Both the position numbers and the translations under genes were made by a program. A stretch of 63,932 nt of DNA, filler included, from an uncultured bacterium (lineage in GTDB: Bacteria > Latescibacterota > UBA2968): the NCBI GenBank assembly GCA_964471275.1. It is 5 parts of 5 records of this genome, joined end to end, with 100 filler letters (N's around TTAATTAATTAA, not from the genome) between each part and the next. Parts side by side here need not be neighbours in the genome. Positions count along the whole stretch, not along the records: positions 14,440 to 28,756 come from CAYYGZ010000117.1; 4 more parts are not named here. One strand, written 5' to 3'. Positions 17,767 through 28,856 of this stretch are shown here, piece by piece. The notes under the pieces were generated by a model. That model was not told the DNA's origin, ran no database searches, and saw only the letters and a list, made by a program, of their open reading frames with translations. Positions within the stretch are counted from its first letter, which is position 1; each line of letters begins with the position of its first letter.

Positions 17767-19551
17767 TCAATCCTCAATCTCCCTAAGATACTGCAGCTCG
17801 TGCAGACGATGGTATATCCCTTTCTCCTGGATCAGCGCTTCGTGCGTGCCGACTTCACGGATCACACCCTTGTGCAGGACGATGATTCGATTCGACTTCC
17901 GGATCGTAGAGATTCGGTGTGCGATCACGATCGATGTGCGATCCATCATCAGGCGATCGACCGCCTCCTGGATCCATTGCTCCGTCTCAGTGTCCACGCT
18001 CGAGGTCGCCTCATCCAGAATCAGGATATTCGGTCTGTGCGCCAACGCTCTTGCGAAAGCGATCAGCTGCCGCTGGCCCGCTGAAAGAGTCGATCCCCGC
18101 TCCGTAACGGCGTGTCCATACCCGTTCTTCAACGTATCGATGAACCGGTTCGCGTTCACATCCGTCGCAGCCTGGACGAGGTCTTCCTGCGAGATCGATT
18201 CGCTTCCCAGCCGGATATTCCGCTCGATATCCCCCGAGAACAGGAAAACGTCCTGCTGAACGATGCCGATCTTCCGTCTCAGATCCTCCACATCCCAGTC
18301 GTCCAGACTGATCCCGTCCACGCGTATACAGCCTTTCTGGATCGTATAGAAGCGATTGAGCAGACTGATGATCGTTGTCTTTCCGGATCCGGTCGCCCCC
18401 ACGATCGCGACGCGCTCTCCTGGCGAGATTGTGAACGAGACATCCTTCAGAATCCAGTCTTCATCCTGATAGGCGAACCAGACGTGGTCGAACTCGATCT
18501 CCCCGAAACTCTCGTTCTGGCGGTGTTCCCCACCATCGGGTTCGGACGTCGTGTCCAGCAGTTCGAAGATCCGCTCCGAAGACGCCATCGCGGCCTGGAG
18601 GATGGCGTAGCGCTCTGAGATTTCGAGGATTGGGCGGAAGAAACGAGGGATATACTGCAGCATGGCCACAAGCACACCCCACTGAATAGCAGAACCGATA
18701 ACCTGCTCCCCACCGTACCAGATGACAAGCGCGATCGCTCCGGCACTGAACATCTCCATCAGCGGAAAATAGAGCGAGAAGTAGAGGGTCGACTCCAGAT
18801 TGGCGTCCAGATAGCGGCCATTGATCTCGGCAAATCGCTCCTCGTTCCGACCCTCCCTATTGAACAACTGCACGACCTCCATACCGGATATGTTTTCCTG
18901 CAGGTAGGCGTTCAGCCGGGCAAGACGAATTCTCGCGGCGCGAAACGCGCGGAGCATGCGTCCTTGGAACCAGAAGGTCGACAGAAACATGAGGGGCAGG
19001 ATCAGACACACAACGGAGGCCAGCTCCGCGTTCATCGAAGCCATGAAGATGATGATCGCGATCAGTGTGAAGATGTCACTGAATACGACGACGATGCCGT
19101 CCGTAAACAGCTCGGCCAGCGCATCGACATCGTTTGTGTTCCGTGTCATCAGCCGTCCGATCGGCGTGCGATCGAAGTATTTGAGCGGAAGACGCTGCAG
19201 GTGCGAAAAGATGTGAAGGCGGACGTCGAACATCGCCCACTGGCCCGTCATCTGCGTGATGTAGTTCTGAATGTAGTTGGCGGAAAACTGCAGGACGAGG
19301 AGACCGACGAAGATAAGGACCAACCGGTGCAAACCTGCGTAATCACCAACCAGGATGTGCTCGTCGACAGCGATGCGCGTGAGAAAGGGACCGGCCTGAC
19401 GGGTGACAGACGTGATCAGAATGAGGCCGAATGCGAGCAACACATACCGGGTATAAGGTTTCAGATACGTCAGCAGACGCAGCATGAGCCGGGCGTCGAA
19501 CGGCTTCTCCCCCACTTCCTCCTCGTGTATGTCGACGTAGTCTTCAGCCAA
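17767..19551 (-). CDS. Heterodimeric ABC exporter subunit (MdlB/TmrA-like)
   Basis: TM domain plus GATGSGKTT, LSAGQRQ, ILILDEATS. Confidence 0.92.
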   Translation of the reverse strand: MAEDYVDIHEEEVGEKPFDARLMLRLLTYLKPYTRYVLLAFGLILITSVTRQAGPFLTRIAVDEHILVGDYAGLHRLVLIFVGLLVLQFSANYIQNYITQMTGQWAMFDVRLHIFSHLQRLPLKYFDRTPIGRLMTRNTNDVDALAELFTDGIVVVFSDIFTLIAIIIFMASMNAELASVVCLILPLMFLSTFWFQGRMLRAFRAARIRLARLNAYLQENISGMEVVQLFNREGRNEERFAEINGRYLDANLESTLYFSLYFPLMEMFSAGAIALVIWYGGEQVIGSAIQWGVLVAMLQYIPRFFRPILEISERYAILQAAMASSERIFELLDTTSEPDGGEHRQNESFGEIEFDHVWFAYQDEDWILKDVSFTISPGERVAIVGATGSGKTTIISLLNRFYTIQKGCIRVDGISLDDWDVEDLRRKIGIVQQDVFLFSGDIERNIRLGSESISQEDLVQAATDVNANRFIDTLKNGYGHAVTERGSTLSAGQRQLIAFARALAHRPNILILDEATSSVDTETEQWIQEAVDRLMMDRTSIVIAHRISTIRKSNRIIVLHKGVIREVGTHEALIQEKGIYHRLHELQYLREIED

Positions 19552-19552
19552 G

Positions 19553-21319
19553 TCAGATCTCGTCCAATTCCTGCCGCAGCTGCTGCCGTGTGTACATATC
19601 GGCGTAGATTCCGCCCCGATCGATCAACGTCTGATGATCACCTTGCTCGGCGATCCCTCCCTCTTCGAGCACAACGATCTGATCCGCGTGCTGCACGGTC
19701 GATATCCGGTGCGATATCAGAATGGTCGTACGCTCCGTCATCACGGCCCGGAGCTGTGTCAGGATCTCTTCTTCCGTATGGGTATCGACACTGGACATGG
19801 CGTCATCGAGGATCAGAATCGCGGGCTTCCGGATAACGGCTCGTGCCAGGGCCGTACGCTGCTTCTGCCCACCGGAGAGCGTCACACCCCGCTCACCTAC
19901 AACAGTAGCGTATCCCTGCGGGAAATCGGGCAGATCCTGAGACAGGCGCGAGACATCGGAGGCCCATTCGACGAGGTCATCGCCATCTTCGACACCAAGC
20001 GCGATGTTCTCTCGAAGCGTGTCGGAGAACAGAAAGCTATCCTGAGGGACAAAACCGATTCGTGAACGAAGCGCCTGAACCGGCCAGGAGCGGAGCGGGA
20101 GACCGTCGATCCGTATATCCCCGGACCCGGGATCTATCATCCGCGGGATCAGCCGCCCAAAGGTCGTCTTGCCTGCACCGATCCGCCCGACGATAGCGAG
20201 CGTGCTCCCCGCAGGGATCGTCAGCGACACATCCTGCAGGACCACGTTGTCGCCGTAGGCGAAGGTGACGTTGTCGAAGACGATTTCGCCCTTATCGGTG
20301 TCGGGAGTGTGCGGCGACGGCTCGTCACGTATCGTCGGTTTTTCGTGAAGTATTTCGTTGATCCTCACCATGGAGGCGAGTCCGCGCTGATAGCGCTCGA
20401 CCATCCATCCCAGGAGGATCATCGGAAAGATCAGTTTCGTGAGATAGGCGTTGAACGCGACGAACTCACCGAGCGTGATCCGTCCATCGATCACGGATTC
20501 ACCTCCCAGCCAGAGTACGATAACAAGGGAGCAGCCGCCGACGACAAACGCAAGCGGTCGGACGGCGCTCTGTAGCAGGATCAGCTTCTTGTTTTTCTCC
20601 AGATAGTTCTTGTTGAGGACGTTGAACGCTTCGATCTCGTGTTCACGCTGGACGTAAGCCTTCACGACACGCATCCCTGCCAGATTCTCCTGCACACGCG
20701 CGCTGATCTTCGAGAATTGGTCCTGCACGTCCCGGAAACCGATATAGATCCCGTTTGCTGCACGGTTCATCACAAACGCAAGTACGGGGAGCGGAAGAAG
20801 AGCCCAGAGCGAGAGTTGCCAATAGATCGTACACATCACGGCGAGCCCCATCCCGACAGCGAGGAGGGCATCGAAGAGCATCCGGATTCCGAAGGCTAGG
20901 AAGAGACGGACGGCGTTCAGATCGTTCGTCGCACGCGACATCAGATCACCGGTCGGCGTGCGCTGATAGTAGCTGAGAGAAAGGGATACGAGCTTTGCGA
21001 AGTATTCCTCGCGGATGTCATACTCGATGTAGCGGGCGACGCTGGCGAAGTGCCAACGCATGCACATCGAGAGCGCCATCGTGACGACGGCAAGTCCGAC
21101 GATCAGGCAGCCGTAGTACCAAGTATTCGCACCAAAGACCGAATCGGAAGGCATCGGCGTGCCCTCGACCTGCGCCTTGATGGAGTCGACAGCAATCTTG
21201 AGCACATAGGGAATGGCGGTTGCCAGCGCCTGTGTCAGCGTCAGCAGAACCATCCCCATCGCCAGGCGCCCGGGATACCGTCGGATATACGGCCAGAATG
21301 GTGAGACAGGATTCCTCAA
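19553..21319 (-). CDS. Heterodimeric ABC exporter subunit (MdlA/TmrB-like)
   Basis: TGDLMSRATND, GRIGAGKTT, LSGGQKQR, degenerate Walker B ILILDDA. Confidence 0.92.
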   Translation of the reverse strand: MRNPVSPFWPYIRRYPGRLAMGMVLLTLTQALATAIPYVLKIAVDSIKAQVEGTPMPSDSVFGANTWYYGCLIVGLAVVTMALSMCMRWHFASVARYIEYDIREEYFAKLVSLSLSYYQRTPTGDLMSRATNDLNAVRLFLAFGIRMLFDALLAVGMGLAVMCTIYWQLSLWALLPLPVLAFVMNRAANGIYIGFRDVQDQFSKISARVQENLAGMRVVKAYVQREHEIEAFNVLNKNYLEKNKKLILLQSAVRPLAFVVGGCSLVIVLWLGGESVIDGRITLGEFVAFNAYLTKLIFPMILLGWMVERYQRGLASMVRINEILHEKPTIRDEPSPHTPDTDKGEIVFDNVTFAYGDNVVLQDVSLTIPAGSTLAIVGRIGAGKTTFGRLIPRMIDPGSGDIRIDGLPLRSWPVQALRSRIGFVPQDSFLFSDTLRENIALGVEDGDDLVEWASDVSRLSQDLPDFPQGYATVVGERGVTLSGGQKQRTALARAVIRKPAILILDDAMSSVDTHTEEEILTQLRAVMTERTTILISHRISTVQHADQIVVLEEGGIAEQGDHQTLIDRGGIYADMYTRQQLRQELDEI

Positions 21320-21325
21320 AGAGGT

Positions 21326-21621
21326 CTACAGATCATCAGGGATCCATCCGTACACGTCGATCTCGATCCGTTCTCCCACAAACTCGACACCCTCCGATTG
21401 CAGGAGTTCACGCTGTCGATCGTGGGAACCATGATCGGAAATGCGACCTGCACTGTTAATGACCCGAAACCACGGCACGCTTCTCCCTTCGGGTGCAGAT
21501 CTGAGGGCCTGCGAAACTTGTCGGGGTCCCGTCCCCACGATTTCCGCGATTTGCCCATAGGTCGCAACACACCCCTCCGGTATGGATTCGATCGTTCGAA
21601 GCACCTGCTCGAAGAGATCAC
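21326..21621 (-). CDS. Alkyltransferase-like (ATL/MGMT-family) protein; start codon unclear
   Basis: IPEGCVATYGQIA, PRQV..AL, PWFRVINSAG (Trp in place of the catalytic Cys), QRELLQSEGV. Confidence 0.85.
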
Positions 21622-22664
21622 TTGAGTGTCGTGTTCGTTTCAAGCCACCGCTCCAGATAAGCTTCAGGGTTCCGCTGCCCCTCGCACTCCTGAAAGACAC
21701 GCAAGGAGGCGGGTAGGCTCCCGGTCTGCTCCAGAACACGATCGAAGACATCGGTCCTGCGGTTATAGGTTCGAAACAGCGCCAGCGTCGCGTTGTTGAT
21801 GGTCCAGGTATCCGGGTCTCCGTAGCGATTCGTTTGCCAGGCTGTTGACCTGACCCTCTCTTGCAGAATCCCGATCGCTGCTGCCTTTTGCGCAAGTTTC
21901 TCCGCCCCGGGGATATCAAGACTGTAGACGGAATCGAGCTGAGCCGCAAGACCGTGCATCAGGTCACGATACAGCGCTCGGTCCGTCTGCGCTCGCTTCA
22001 TTGCTGCCAATGAATCGAGGCCGTTCTCGAAGACGTCGGTAGCCCAGGATCTGGCGCCCTGGCGGCCCACGAAATTGGCCAGGCTTTCATTGAAGTCGGC
22101 GTCACCTTCTATCCAGATCGTCGCGTGGAGAAGCTCGTGGATCAGGACATTCGCTAGATCCAGAGCCGAATACCGAAGCATCGGTGACAGCAGCGGATCC
22201 CTGAACCAGCCAAGCGTGCTGAACGCGCTGACCCCGCGCAGGTATGTATCGAACCCGCGCTCTCGAAACCGATCTTGTTCGCGCACCGCCCGATCGTAAT
22301 CAAAAAAACCCCGATAGGGAGCGCTCCCTATGACGGGGTATGACCAGCGATGTGGTTCGATACGATCGGCAGGGGATACGGTCAGTGCCCAGACGGCAGG
22401 CCGATCCCCGATATCTGTATAGGTGGTATAGTTGTCCGAGCACTCAAGTCCCAGCTGATTGATGGCGTAGGATCTGATCTGCTCCGCCCGCAGGAGTCGA
22501 TCTCGCGTTGCGGGATCGGTTTCCTCGTCAGCAGTCACCTCGCTGACGGGGGTCTGATTCCAGATCAGGCGCCATTGTCCAGCACCGAGGTGTGCATAGT
22601 AGCCGACGTCGATCCCAAACGGGCCTGCAAGAAACATGAAGCTCACGATCAGAAGGGGACACAC
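21618..22664 (-). CDS. Putative zinc aminopeptidase
   Basis: W.YP..G.APYRGFF, AFSTLGWFRDPL, LIHELLH, FNESLA. Confidence 0.85.
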   Translation of the reverse strand: MCPLLIVSFMFLAGPFGIDVGYYAHLGAGQWRLIWNQTPVSEVTADEETDPATRDRLLRAEQIRSYAINQLGLECSDNYTTYTDIGDRPAVWALTVSPADRIEPHRWSYPVIGSAPYRGFFDYDRAVREQDRFRERGFDTYLRGVSAFSTLGWFRDPLLSPMLRYSALDLANVLIHELLHATIWIEGDADFNESLANFVGRQGARSWATDVFENGLDSLAAMKRAQTDRALYRDLMHGLAAQLDSVYSLDIPGAEKLAQKAAAIGILQERVRSTAWQTNRYGDPDTWTINNATLALFRTYNRRTDVFDRVLEQTGSLPASLRVFQECEGQRNPEAYLERWLETNTTLK

Positions 22665-22665
22665 G

Positions 22666-23226
22666 TCAGGATTCCATCTCCATAAACCAGTAACAGATGA
22701 TGTGCTGCAGGATCAGATGCAGATCCTCGACCCGGCCCATATGATCGGAGTCGATCACGATGGATTCCTGGGCGAGGTCCTTCAGCTTGCCTCCCCCAAA
22801 CCCGGTAAACCCAACGGTGTGGCAGCCGACAGAATTGGCATAGTCCACGGCACGGATGACGTTCTCCGAATTCCCGCTCCCGCTGATCGCAAGCAGCACG
22901 TCTCCTGCCTCTGCATGATTCTTCAGCTGCTCGACATACACGTCATCGTAGGAAAGGTCGTTGCTGAGCGCGGTCATCCACTCGACGTTGTCCGTCAGCG
23001 GCACCATCTTGAACCGTCTGTCTCGCCCGACAGACGCACCCTTGCCCATGTCGTTCACAAAGTGTGATGCCGTGCTCGCTGATCCACCGTTTCCAATCGC
23101 GTAGATTCGCTTGCTGGCGTCACGCGCCGTCCTGAATGTCGTTATCACTCGCGTCATCACAGCTGAATCGATAGTTGACAGAAGTCGGCGATTGTCCTCT
23201 AGATACGCTTTGATAAAAGAATCCAC
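22666..23226 (-). CDS. SIS-domain phosphosugar isomerase (GmhA-like)
   Basis: GNGGSAS.ASH, TALSND, AISGSGNSENV, GGKL, VEDLH. Confidence 0.88.
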   Translation of the reverse strand: MDSFIKAYLEDNRRLLSTIDSAVMTRVITTFRTARDASKRIYAIGNGGSASTASHFVNDMGKGASVGRDRRFKMVPLTDNVEWMTALSNDLSYDDVYVEQLKNHAEAGDVLLAISGSGNSENVIRAVDYANSVGCHTVGFTGFGGGKLKDLAQESIVIDSDHMGRVEDLHLILQHIICYWFMEMES

Positions 23227-23235
23227 CCAGCCTCC

Positions 23236-24090
23236 CTAGATACCTGCTGCATCCCAGGCCCGTTTGAGCCCGGCGAAAGTTTCCGCAACCGCCTGATCGG
23301 CAGGCAGTTCACTTACGCGCTGACTGAAAGGCTCCGGCGTGACAGGACCGTCATACCCGATGTCCTTCAGCACCTTCAGAAAGGCGACAAGATCGATTAC
23401 GCCCGTCTCAGACGGGAGCGCTCGCTGATTGTCGATCTGGTCAGTGATGTGCACATCCAGTGGCGCATCGTTAACGTGCACATAGACGACATCGTCGTTC
23501 GTCAGCGCACGCAGATCAGATTCCGTACCCAGACCGGTATACCAGTGCCACGCGTCCAGGAGCAACCCCACGTTGCCGGTGCCGATCGCCTCACATAAAG
23601 CCAGTATGCCCGCCTGCGTGTAGATGAACCCGTACTTCTTGTCCACCCGGAGCGTGCGTGGTCCGATGTGTTCGAACCCCAACCGGCAGCCGTGCTCACC
23701 CAGAATCTGGGCTACCGGGCGAAGCCGCTCGACGTGAAACCTGAAGTTTTCGCGAAATGTCAATTCGTCTGAGGCCGGAGGAATCCACTGTGAAACACGG
23801 GTCGCCCCAACAGCCGCACCGGCGGCAGCCAGCGTGGGCAGCGTGTCCAGACCCGCCTTGTATTCCTCAGCCGTCCCGTTCCAGGCGAACCCCAACCCCC
23901 ACGCACCAATCTGCACCCCTCGGTCCGAAAACAGCGATTTCACGTGATCCGCGCCCTGTTCTGCCACCAGCCCGCTGATTTCACGCACGTTCACGTCCAA
24001 CCCCGCGAATCCTCCCTTCTGGGCATACGAAAGCCCCTCTTCTAGATTCGCCTTCACCCCTATCGCCCCAGGCGCGAGACACGTATACAC
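23236..24090 (-). CDS. Sugar phosphate isomerase/epimerase (xylose isomerase-like TIM barrel)
   Basis: LGFE, GLLLDAWHW, VHVND, R.LP..G.ID, GYDGPVTPEPF. Confidence 0.88.
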   Translation of the reverse strand: MYTCLAPGAIGVKANLEEGLSYAQKGGFAGLDVNVREISGLVAEQGADHVKSLFSDRGVQIGAWGLGFAWNGTAEEYKAGLDTLPTLAAAGAAVGATRVSQWIPPASDELTFRENFRFHVERLRPVAQILGEHGCRLGFEHIGPRTLRVDKKYGFIYTQAGILALCEAIGTGNVGLLLDAWHWYTGLGTESDLRALTNDDVVYVHVNDAPLDVHITDQIDNQRALPSETGVIDLVAFLKVLKDIGYDGPVTPEPFSQRVSELPADQAVAETFAGLKRAWDAAGI

Positions 24091-24160
24091 ACGATTCTCC
24101 CCTTATGTCACCTCTGCGTGATCTGCCAAACCCCATCCCCCATACCCGCCCTCCGCCTCT

Positions 24161-25264
24161 CTATCCTCCCTCAAGCTCGACCCGATGCGCGTCCAACACT
24201 TCACTGTTCAACTCGAATCCCAAGCCAGGCCGTTCCGTCAACCGAATCCGCCCCTTTTCGATCGTCTCAACCGGCTGCATCAAATCGTGCCGCCACGGCA
24301 CCTCCCCCCAACCATACTCCAGAAGGATTGAAGATGGACACGCCGCCATTGCGTGCAGGTGCGCGGCGATCGTGATTGGTCCAAACGGACCGTGCGGCGC
24401 CGTGGGGATATCCCAGCCGGCAGCGGCATCAGCAACAGTCTTCAACTCAGCGATTCCGCCAACGACGGTCACATCGGGCATGATGATATCCATCGTACGA
24501 TGCTCGAAAATCTCAGTCCAATCTTCTCGAAACATTCGTTGCTCACCGCCGGCGGTCGTCATACCACACTTCGCTTTGACTTCAAGACAGGCCGCGCGAT
24601 CCGACTCCGGAGTTGGCTGCTCGAACCAATACAGATTGAGCGGTCGTAGCGCATCAGCGACCTCGAGTGCCCCCCCAACAGTGAAATGACTGTGGCAATC
24701 GATCAGCAGATCGGCCTCTGGCCCGATCGCCTCGCGAACCGCCGCCATACAGGCGATCCCGTCAACCGCATCGGCAGCACTGTCAACATCCCGGGGCAGA
24801 TTATCGAAAGGAGCAAGCTTGATCGCATCGAATCCCTGACGGATCGCTTGGGTCGCGTTCTCGGCAAAGCCTTCGGGCGATCGGTTGGTCGTCGCACGGT
24901 TGATGTTCGCGTAGAGCCGAATTTCAGACGAATTGCTTCCACCCAGCAGTTGGTACACGGGGGTGTCGAGTGACTTTCCGAGGATATCCCACAGCGCCGG
25001 CTCGATTCCCGAGATTGCAAAACCGTCCGCCCTGTCCCTTGCCGAAGCGTGAAGCTCGCGATAGATCGCGGCAATCTCACGGGGGTCGCGTCCGATCAGA
25101 TGGTCGAGCATCTTGCGTGCAGAGGCAATCTGCGGCGCGTATTTCTTTCCCGCCCGCATCTCACCGATGCCGTGGATGCCGGCGTCCGTTTCGACGGTAA
25201 CAAAGACCCAGTCACCTCGGTGGTTCACGTGTACGCCATCGATGTGATAATCTGTGATCTTCAT
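24161..25264 (-). CDS. Mandelate racemase/enolase-superfamily dehydratase (DgoD-like)
   Basis: ALWDILGK..PVYQLLGG, AIKLAP, LLIDCH, WFEQP, AGGE, APHGP, PGLG. Confidence 0.88.
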   Translation of the reverse strand: MKITDYHIDGVHVNHRGDWVFVTVETDAGIHGIGEMRAGKKYAPQIASARKMLDHLIGRDPREIAAIYRELHASARDRADGFAISGIEPALWDILGKSLDTPVYQLLGGSNSSEIRLYANINRATTNRSPEGFAENATQAIRQGFDAIKLAPFDNLPRDVDSAADAVDGIACMAAVREAIGPEADLLIDCHSHFTVGGALEVADALRPLNLYWFEQPTPESDRAACLEVKAKCGMTTAGGEQRMFREDWTEIFEHRTMDIIMPDVTVVGGIAELKTVADAAAGWDIPTAPHGPFGPITIAAHLHAMAACPSSILLEYGWGEVPWRHDLMQPVETIEKGRIRLTERPGLGFELNSEVLDAHRVELEGG

Positions 25265-25330
25265 TACTCTTTGCTAGCTGGTGTGGGACAGCAGACGAAG
25301 CACCGAATATAGAGGTGTGTCAGGTGAGGA

Positions 25331-26401
25331 TCAACTTCCATACCCGTATATCTTCGCTGTCGTGGCGGCAATCTGCCCCCAATCGAGAGACTTTGCCTTT
25401 TCGAGTGCCGAAGCTCCCATCTCGAGAACGTCCCGTCCACGAATCTCTTTCATCGCACGGATCAGTCCGTTGCCGTCCGAAGCATCGTAAAGACAGCCTG
25501 TATCAGTCCCGATCAGCTCACCCAGACAGCCGAGATCCGGTGCGACAACAGGAAGCCCAAACCCGATCGCCTGGATTACCGACCCCGACGTCATAACGTG
25601 CGAAAAAGGAAATACACCCACATCGGCTGCATTCAGAAAATCCTGGAATGCGTCTTCCGGAAAGTAACGCGATGCACGTACGATGATACGATCGTCCTGG
25701 CCGGCGTGCCTGACGATTTCATCGCCATACGCTTCGTTGAAGGAATTTCGCATCGCCAGGAGAAGACGCGCCTTCGGATCCTCGAGACGGGTGAAGGCAT
25801 CGATCAAATCTTCGATTCCCTTGTAGGTCCTGGCGTTCCCGAAGTAGACGTAGACGAACGCATCTTCGGGAATCTCGAGATCGGCTCTAGCCGCCTCGCG
25901 ACTGATCTCGTTCGGGAATACATCGATGAAGTTCCCGTGCGGGACAATGCTGACATCCCGATCCCGGAAGAACAGTTCACGCGCCTTGAGACGGCCGTAT
26001 TCGCAGTGAGCAATCACCTGATCAGATAACCGACTGACCAGGAGCCGGGCGAGATGATCGACATCCGGAAAGGGCCGCTCGTGTGGATACAGGTTGTGGA
26101 GCGTCCAGACGATCCGGTAGCCGATATGCTTTGCATACGCGAGATTCTCGGAGAACTGCGCATACTGCTTCACCGTATTCTCCAGGGAATCGCGCCTATA
26201 GAAGAAGTGAAGCCAGTGCAGATGGAGCACATCGATCCGGTCCCGGTTCTCGTCCAGCCACAGCTTCTTGAAGGCATAATCGCCCAACTCCAGATGGATG
26301 TCGAGCTTCTCCATCTCCCGCGCAAGCAGACCCGCGTACGGGTTACACCTGTTCTGCAGGCTTATACCGCCAACGGGCTCCCAGTAAAATGCGACGTTCA
26401 T
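25331..26401 (-). CDS. Glycosyltransferase family 4
   Basis: NPY, HLHW, WTLHN..PHE, FG..R.YKG, AADV.V.P..TSGS..A..FG.PVVAP. Confidence 0.88.
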   Translation of the reverse strand: MNVAFYWEPVGGISLQNRCNPYAGLLAREMEKLDIHLELGDYAFKKLWLDENRDRIDVLHLHWLHFFYRRDSLENTVKQYAQFSENLAYAKHIGYRIVWTLHNLYPHERPFPDVDHLARLLVSRLSDQVIAHCEYGRLKARELFFRDRDVSIVPHGNFIDVFPNEISREAARADLEIPEDAFVYVYFGNARTYKGIEDLIDAFTRLEDPKARLLLAMRNSFNEAYGDEIVRHAGQDDRIIVRASRYFPEDAFQDFLNAADVGVFPFSHVMTSGSVIQAIGFGLPVVAPDLGCLGELIGTDTGCLYDASDGNGLIRAMKEIRGRDVLEMGASALEKAKSLDWGQIAATTAKIYGYGS

Positions 26402-26417
26402 TCTCTCGCCTCTGCTT

Positions 26418-26574
26418 CACGCTGTTGCTGACACTGTCCCGAATCTGGATCTGTCTCAGCCCCAGAACGGGGCGCCAGTCGTATGCCTGGGGTGCTGCCT
26501 CGATCAGATGCGGTGAAACGTCCGACCCCAACAAATCTAAGCTGTAAACACCATTCTGGATCAGTACAAGCTAG
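26418..26574. mobile_element. Short MITE-like dispersed repeat, copy 1 (shorter)
   Basis: Left ~80 bp and right ~25 bp align by eye with 58382-58626 on a different scaffold. Confidence 0.6.
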
Positions 26575-28530
26575 TCAGAGAATGGAATACTGTGACCATT
26601 CCCGTGGAACCAGATCATGTCCACGATGAAGGAGATGCCTGCGCCCACGAAGTGCCCCAGGATGAGTCCGATAAAGAACGGGCCACCAGCCCTGTACGCC
26701 CGGACGCCGCCAACCCGCAGGATCACACTCTTCACCGCCCAGGCAATAAAGATAGGAAAGACCATCGAGTTAACAGGATACACCGGGCCTGCGGCAAAAC
26801 CTACCGGATGCAGTGGCCAGGAGGGAAAACGATATCTCAAGATCATCAAGCCTGCAGTGACGGCCGCGCCGCTGAACATAAAACCCAGGGGTCCCCATTT
26901 TGTGGAGAAGGGGCCCTTGACCTTCTTGACCAGGTTGTCCCACGGATATCGCGCCAGCCCGCCGGTGAATATGCCGCCGTAGTTGGCAGCCCCGTGGAGA
27001 TACCCCATGTAGATCGTATACGCAAATGATGCGAGTACGCCGACGACCATGGCAACCACGACCCCCATGATCAGTCGACGTTGATGTATCTGGATCGTCG
27101 AGTAGAGCTTCGTTGAATGAGCGAGCGCCGGCATGATCGTCGTCTTCGTATCGCTGCACCAGCTGTAGGACAGGGCGATCGAGACCATGGTCTCTCGTGT
27201 CAACACGTCGGTACCCACAAAGAACATGGCAAATGGCTGGGGCATCAGGGGTGCGCGTATCGAGATCAGACCGGTTTCGGCGATCACACGGGTGATGCCG
27301 AGATACATAACCAGGACACCGATCAGAAAGAGGGGGACAAGACGAACTTCCATGCCCGTCGCGACGTGCCAGACGGCAAGGTAAGCGGCGCACACGAGAA
27401 AACCGAACAGAGCGGTTCGGTATGAGACAATTTCTTCAGAATCATCGACGGACTGATCTCCGTGGACGGCCTTGTTCCAGACATCCCGGAGATGCATTCT
27501 GGCCATCCAGAGACTCACGGCGACGATGGTGGTGAAGGCACCCATTGATTGGACGCCCATTACCAGTGGCGTCGTCGAGTACTCCTCGTTCCCTCCAATG
27601 TCCAGACCGATCCGGTTGAACATCCCAACTTCAAAGTTCGTCAGAAGGTTGAAGAACCAAAGGCTGAAAGAGATGTCGAGATTGATGAAGTAGCCGAACC
27701 CGACGACCATCCAGTATAGACGTGTGCCAATGGTCGGAAACTCCGGCCCGAAGCGGATGTCATTCAACCGCCACGGGATCCTGGGGAAAGTAGGGCTGAA
27801 GTAGGAGATGATATTCCACAGGATGATGAAGACAGAGATTCCGAACCCCGCCCAGAACAGGGGGTTGTTCATGATCGGGACCCGAAAATACCCGCGGCCA
27901 TCGGACTCCTGAAGAATCGCCAGGGGCATCTGCATGAGCGGAAAATCGATTCGCTCGTTCACCACCCACTGCCGACGCAGCATGACCATCAGGAACAGAC
28001 AGCATCCGTAGAACGCCGCAATTACGCTTACCCACCAGAAGACCGGTGTCACCCAGACAGACCACGGGACCTCTGTTCCAGTGGGGAGCCCCTCAAAGAA
28101 CCACCGCAAGGCGTCTCCGGGGGGAACGACGGCGTAGGATGCGAGTTCCGGCTCAAAGAAATCGCGCCACTGATTCTCTGATGAGGAGAGGTAGTATGGA
28201 ACAGCGAAGTTTGCGATCAGCTTCCCGATAAAATAGGTCGGCATGGTCGCGCCGATCAGTGACATCGAGAAGATGACGATCAGCTCGCCTCGACTGAGTT
28301 TCAAAGGTCGAGCGAGAAGCAGCGTTATCAGGACGAGCGGGAAGACTGAAGCAACGGAGAGATGGTTCTGGTCAAGCCGGGTGGTGTGCAGAATAAACCG
28401 CGCATACGAGCCGGCGACTGTGGCCATCACTGTCAGAACGGCCCCAATCGTAAGCGACCAGAAGGTGATCGGCGACTTGATCTCATCATCGGGTTTCGGA
28501 AAGTCGTCAACACGNNNNNNNNNNACTCAT
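26571..28530 (-). CDS. Polytopic membrane protein, DUF6785/DUF6784-like putative peptide transporter (small N gap near start)
   Basis: Many TM helices; LRRQWV.NERI.FP..Q.P, RVIAETG, WPLHPVGF, P.F.GLILG motifs; ATG at 28530. Confidence 0.75.
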
Positions 28531-28541
28531 TCGGTGCCCAA

Positions 28542-28573
28542 CAAAAACAGGGATGCCGGTTTACCGGCATCCC
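28542..28573 (-). terminator. Rho-independent terminator of an upstream, truncated minus-strand gene
   Basis: GGGATGCCGGT-TT-ACCGGCATCCC stem, T-rich tail on the minus strand. Confidence 0.7.
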
Positions 28574-28756
28574 CCTTGTGTTTTGTGTGTGATAGCTATG
28601 CGATCCGGATAACTCGGCTGAAATCCTCCAGCAACGTCGATGCATAGGGTACCTGGGGATCGATTTGCTCTATTCGATCACCCCTGAACTTCTCGATGCC
28701 GCGGAATCGTTTGCTTCCCCATTGGCCGGATACGACGAAATAAATGATCACGGCAA

Positions 28757-28856
28757 NNNNNNNNNNNNNNNNNNNNNNNNNNNNNNNNNNNNNNNNNNNN
28801 TTAATTAATTAANNNNNNNNNNNNNNNNNNNNNNNNNNNNNNNNNNNNNNNNNNNN
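28757..28856. other. Artificial scaffold linker
   Basis: N-run with TTAATTAATTAA. Confidence 0.95.

Noticed and set aside
26343..26534. 63-aa ORF between the transporter and the glycosyltransferase
   Set aside because: It lies within the dispersed repeat and overlaps the next gene.
28596..28756. 3' end of a minus-strand gene at the scaffold edge
   Set aside because: Too short and frame-ambiguous to call a product.
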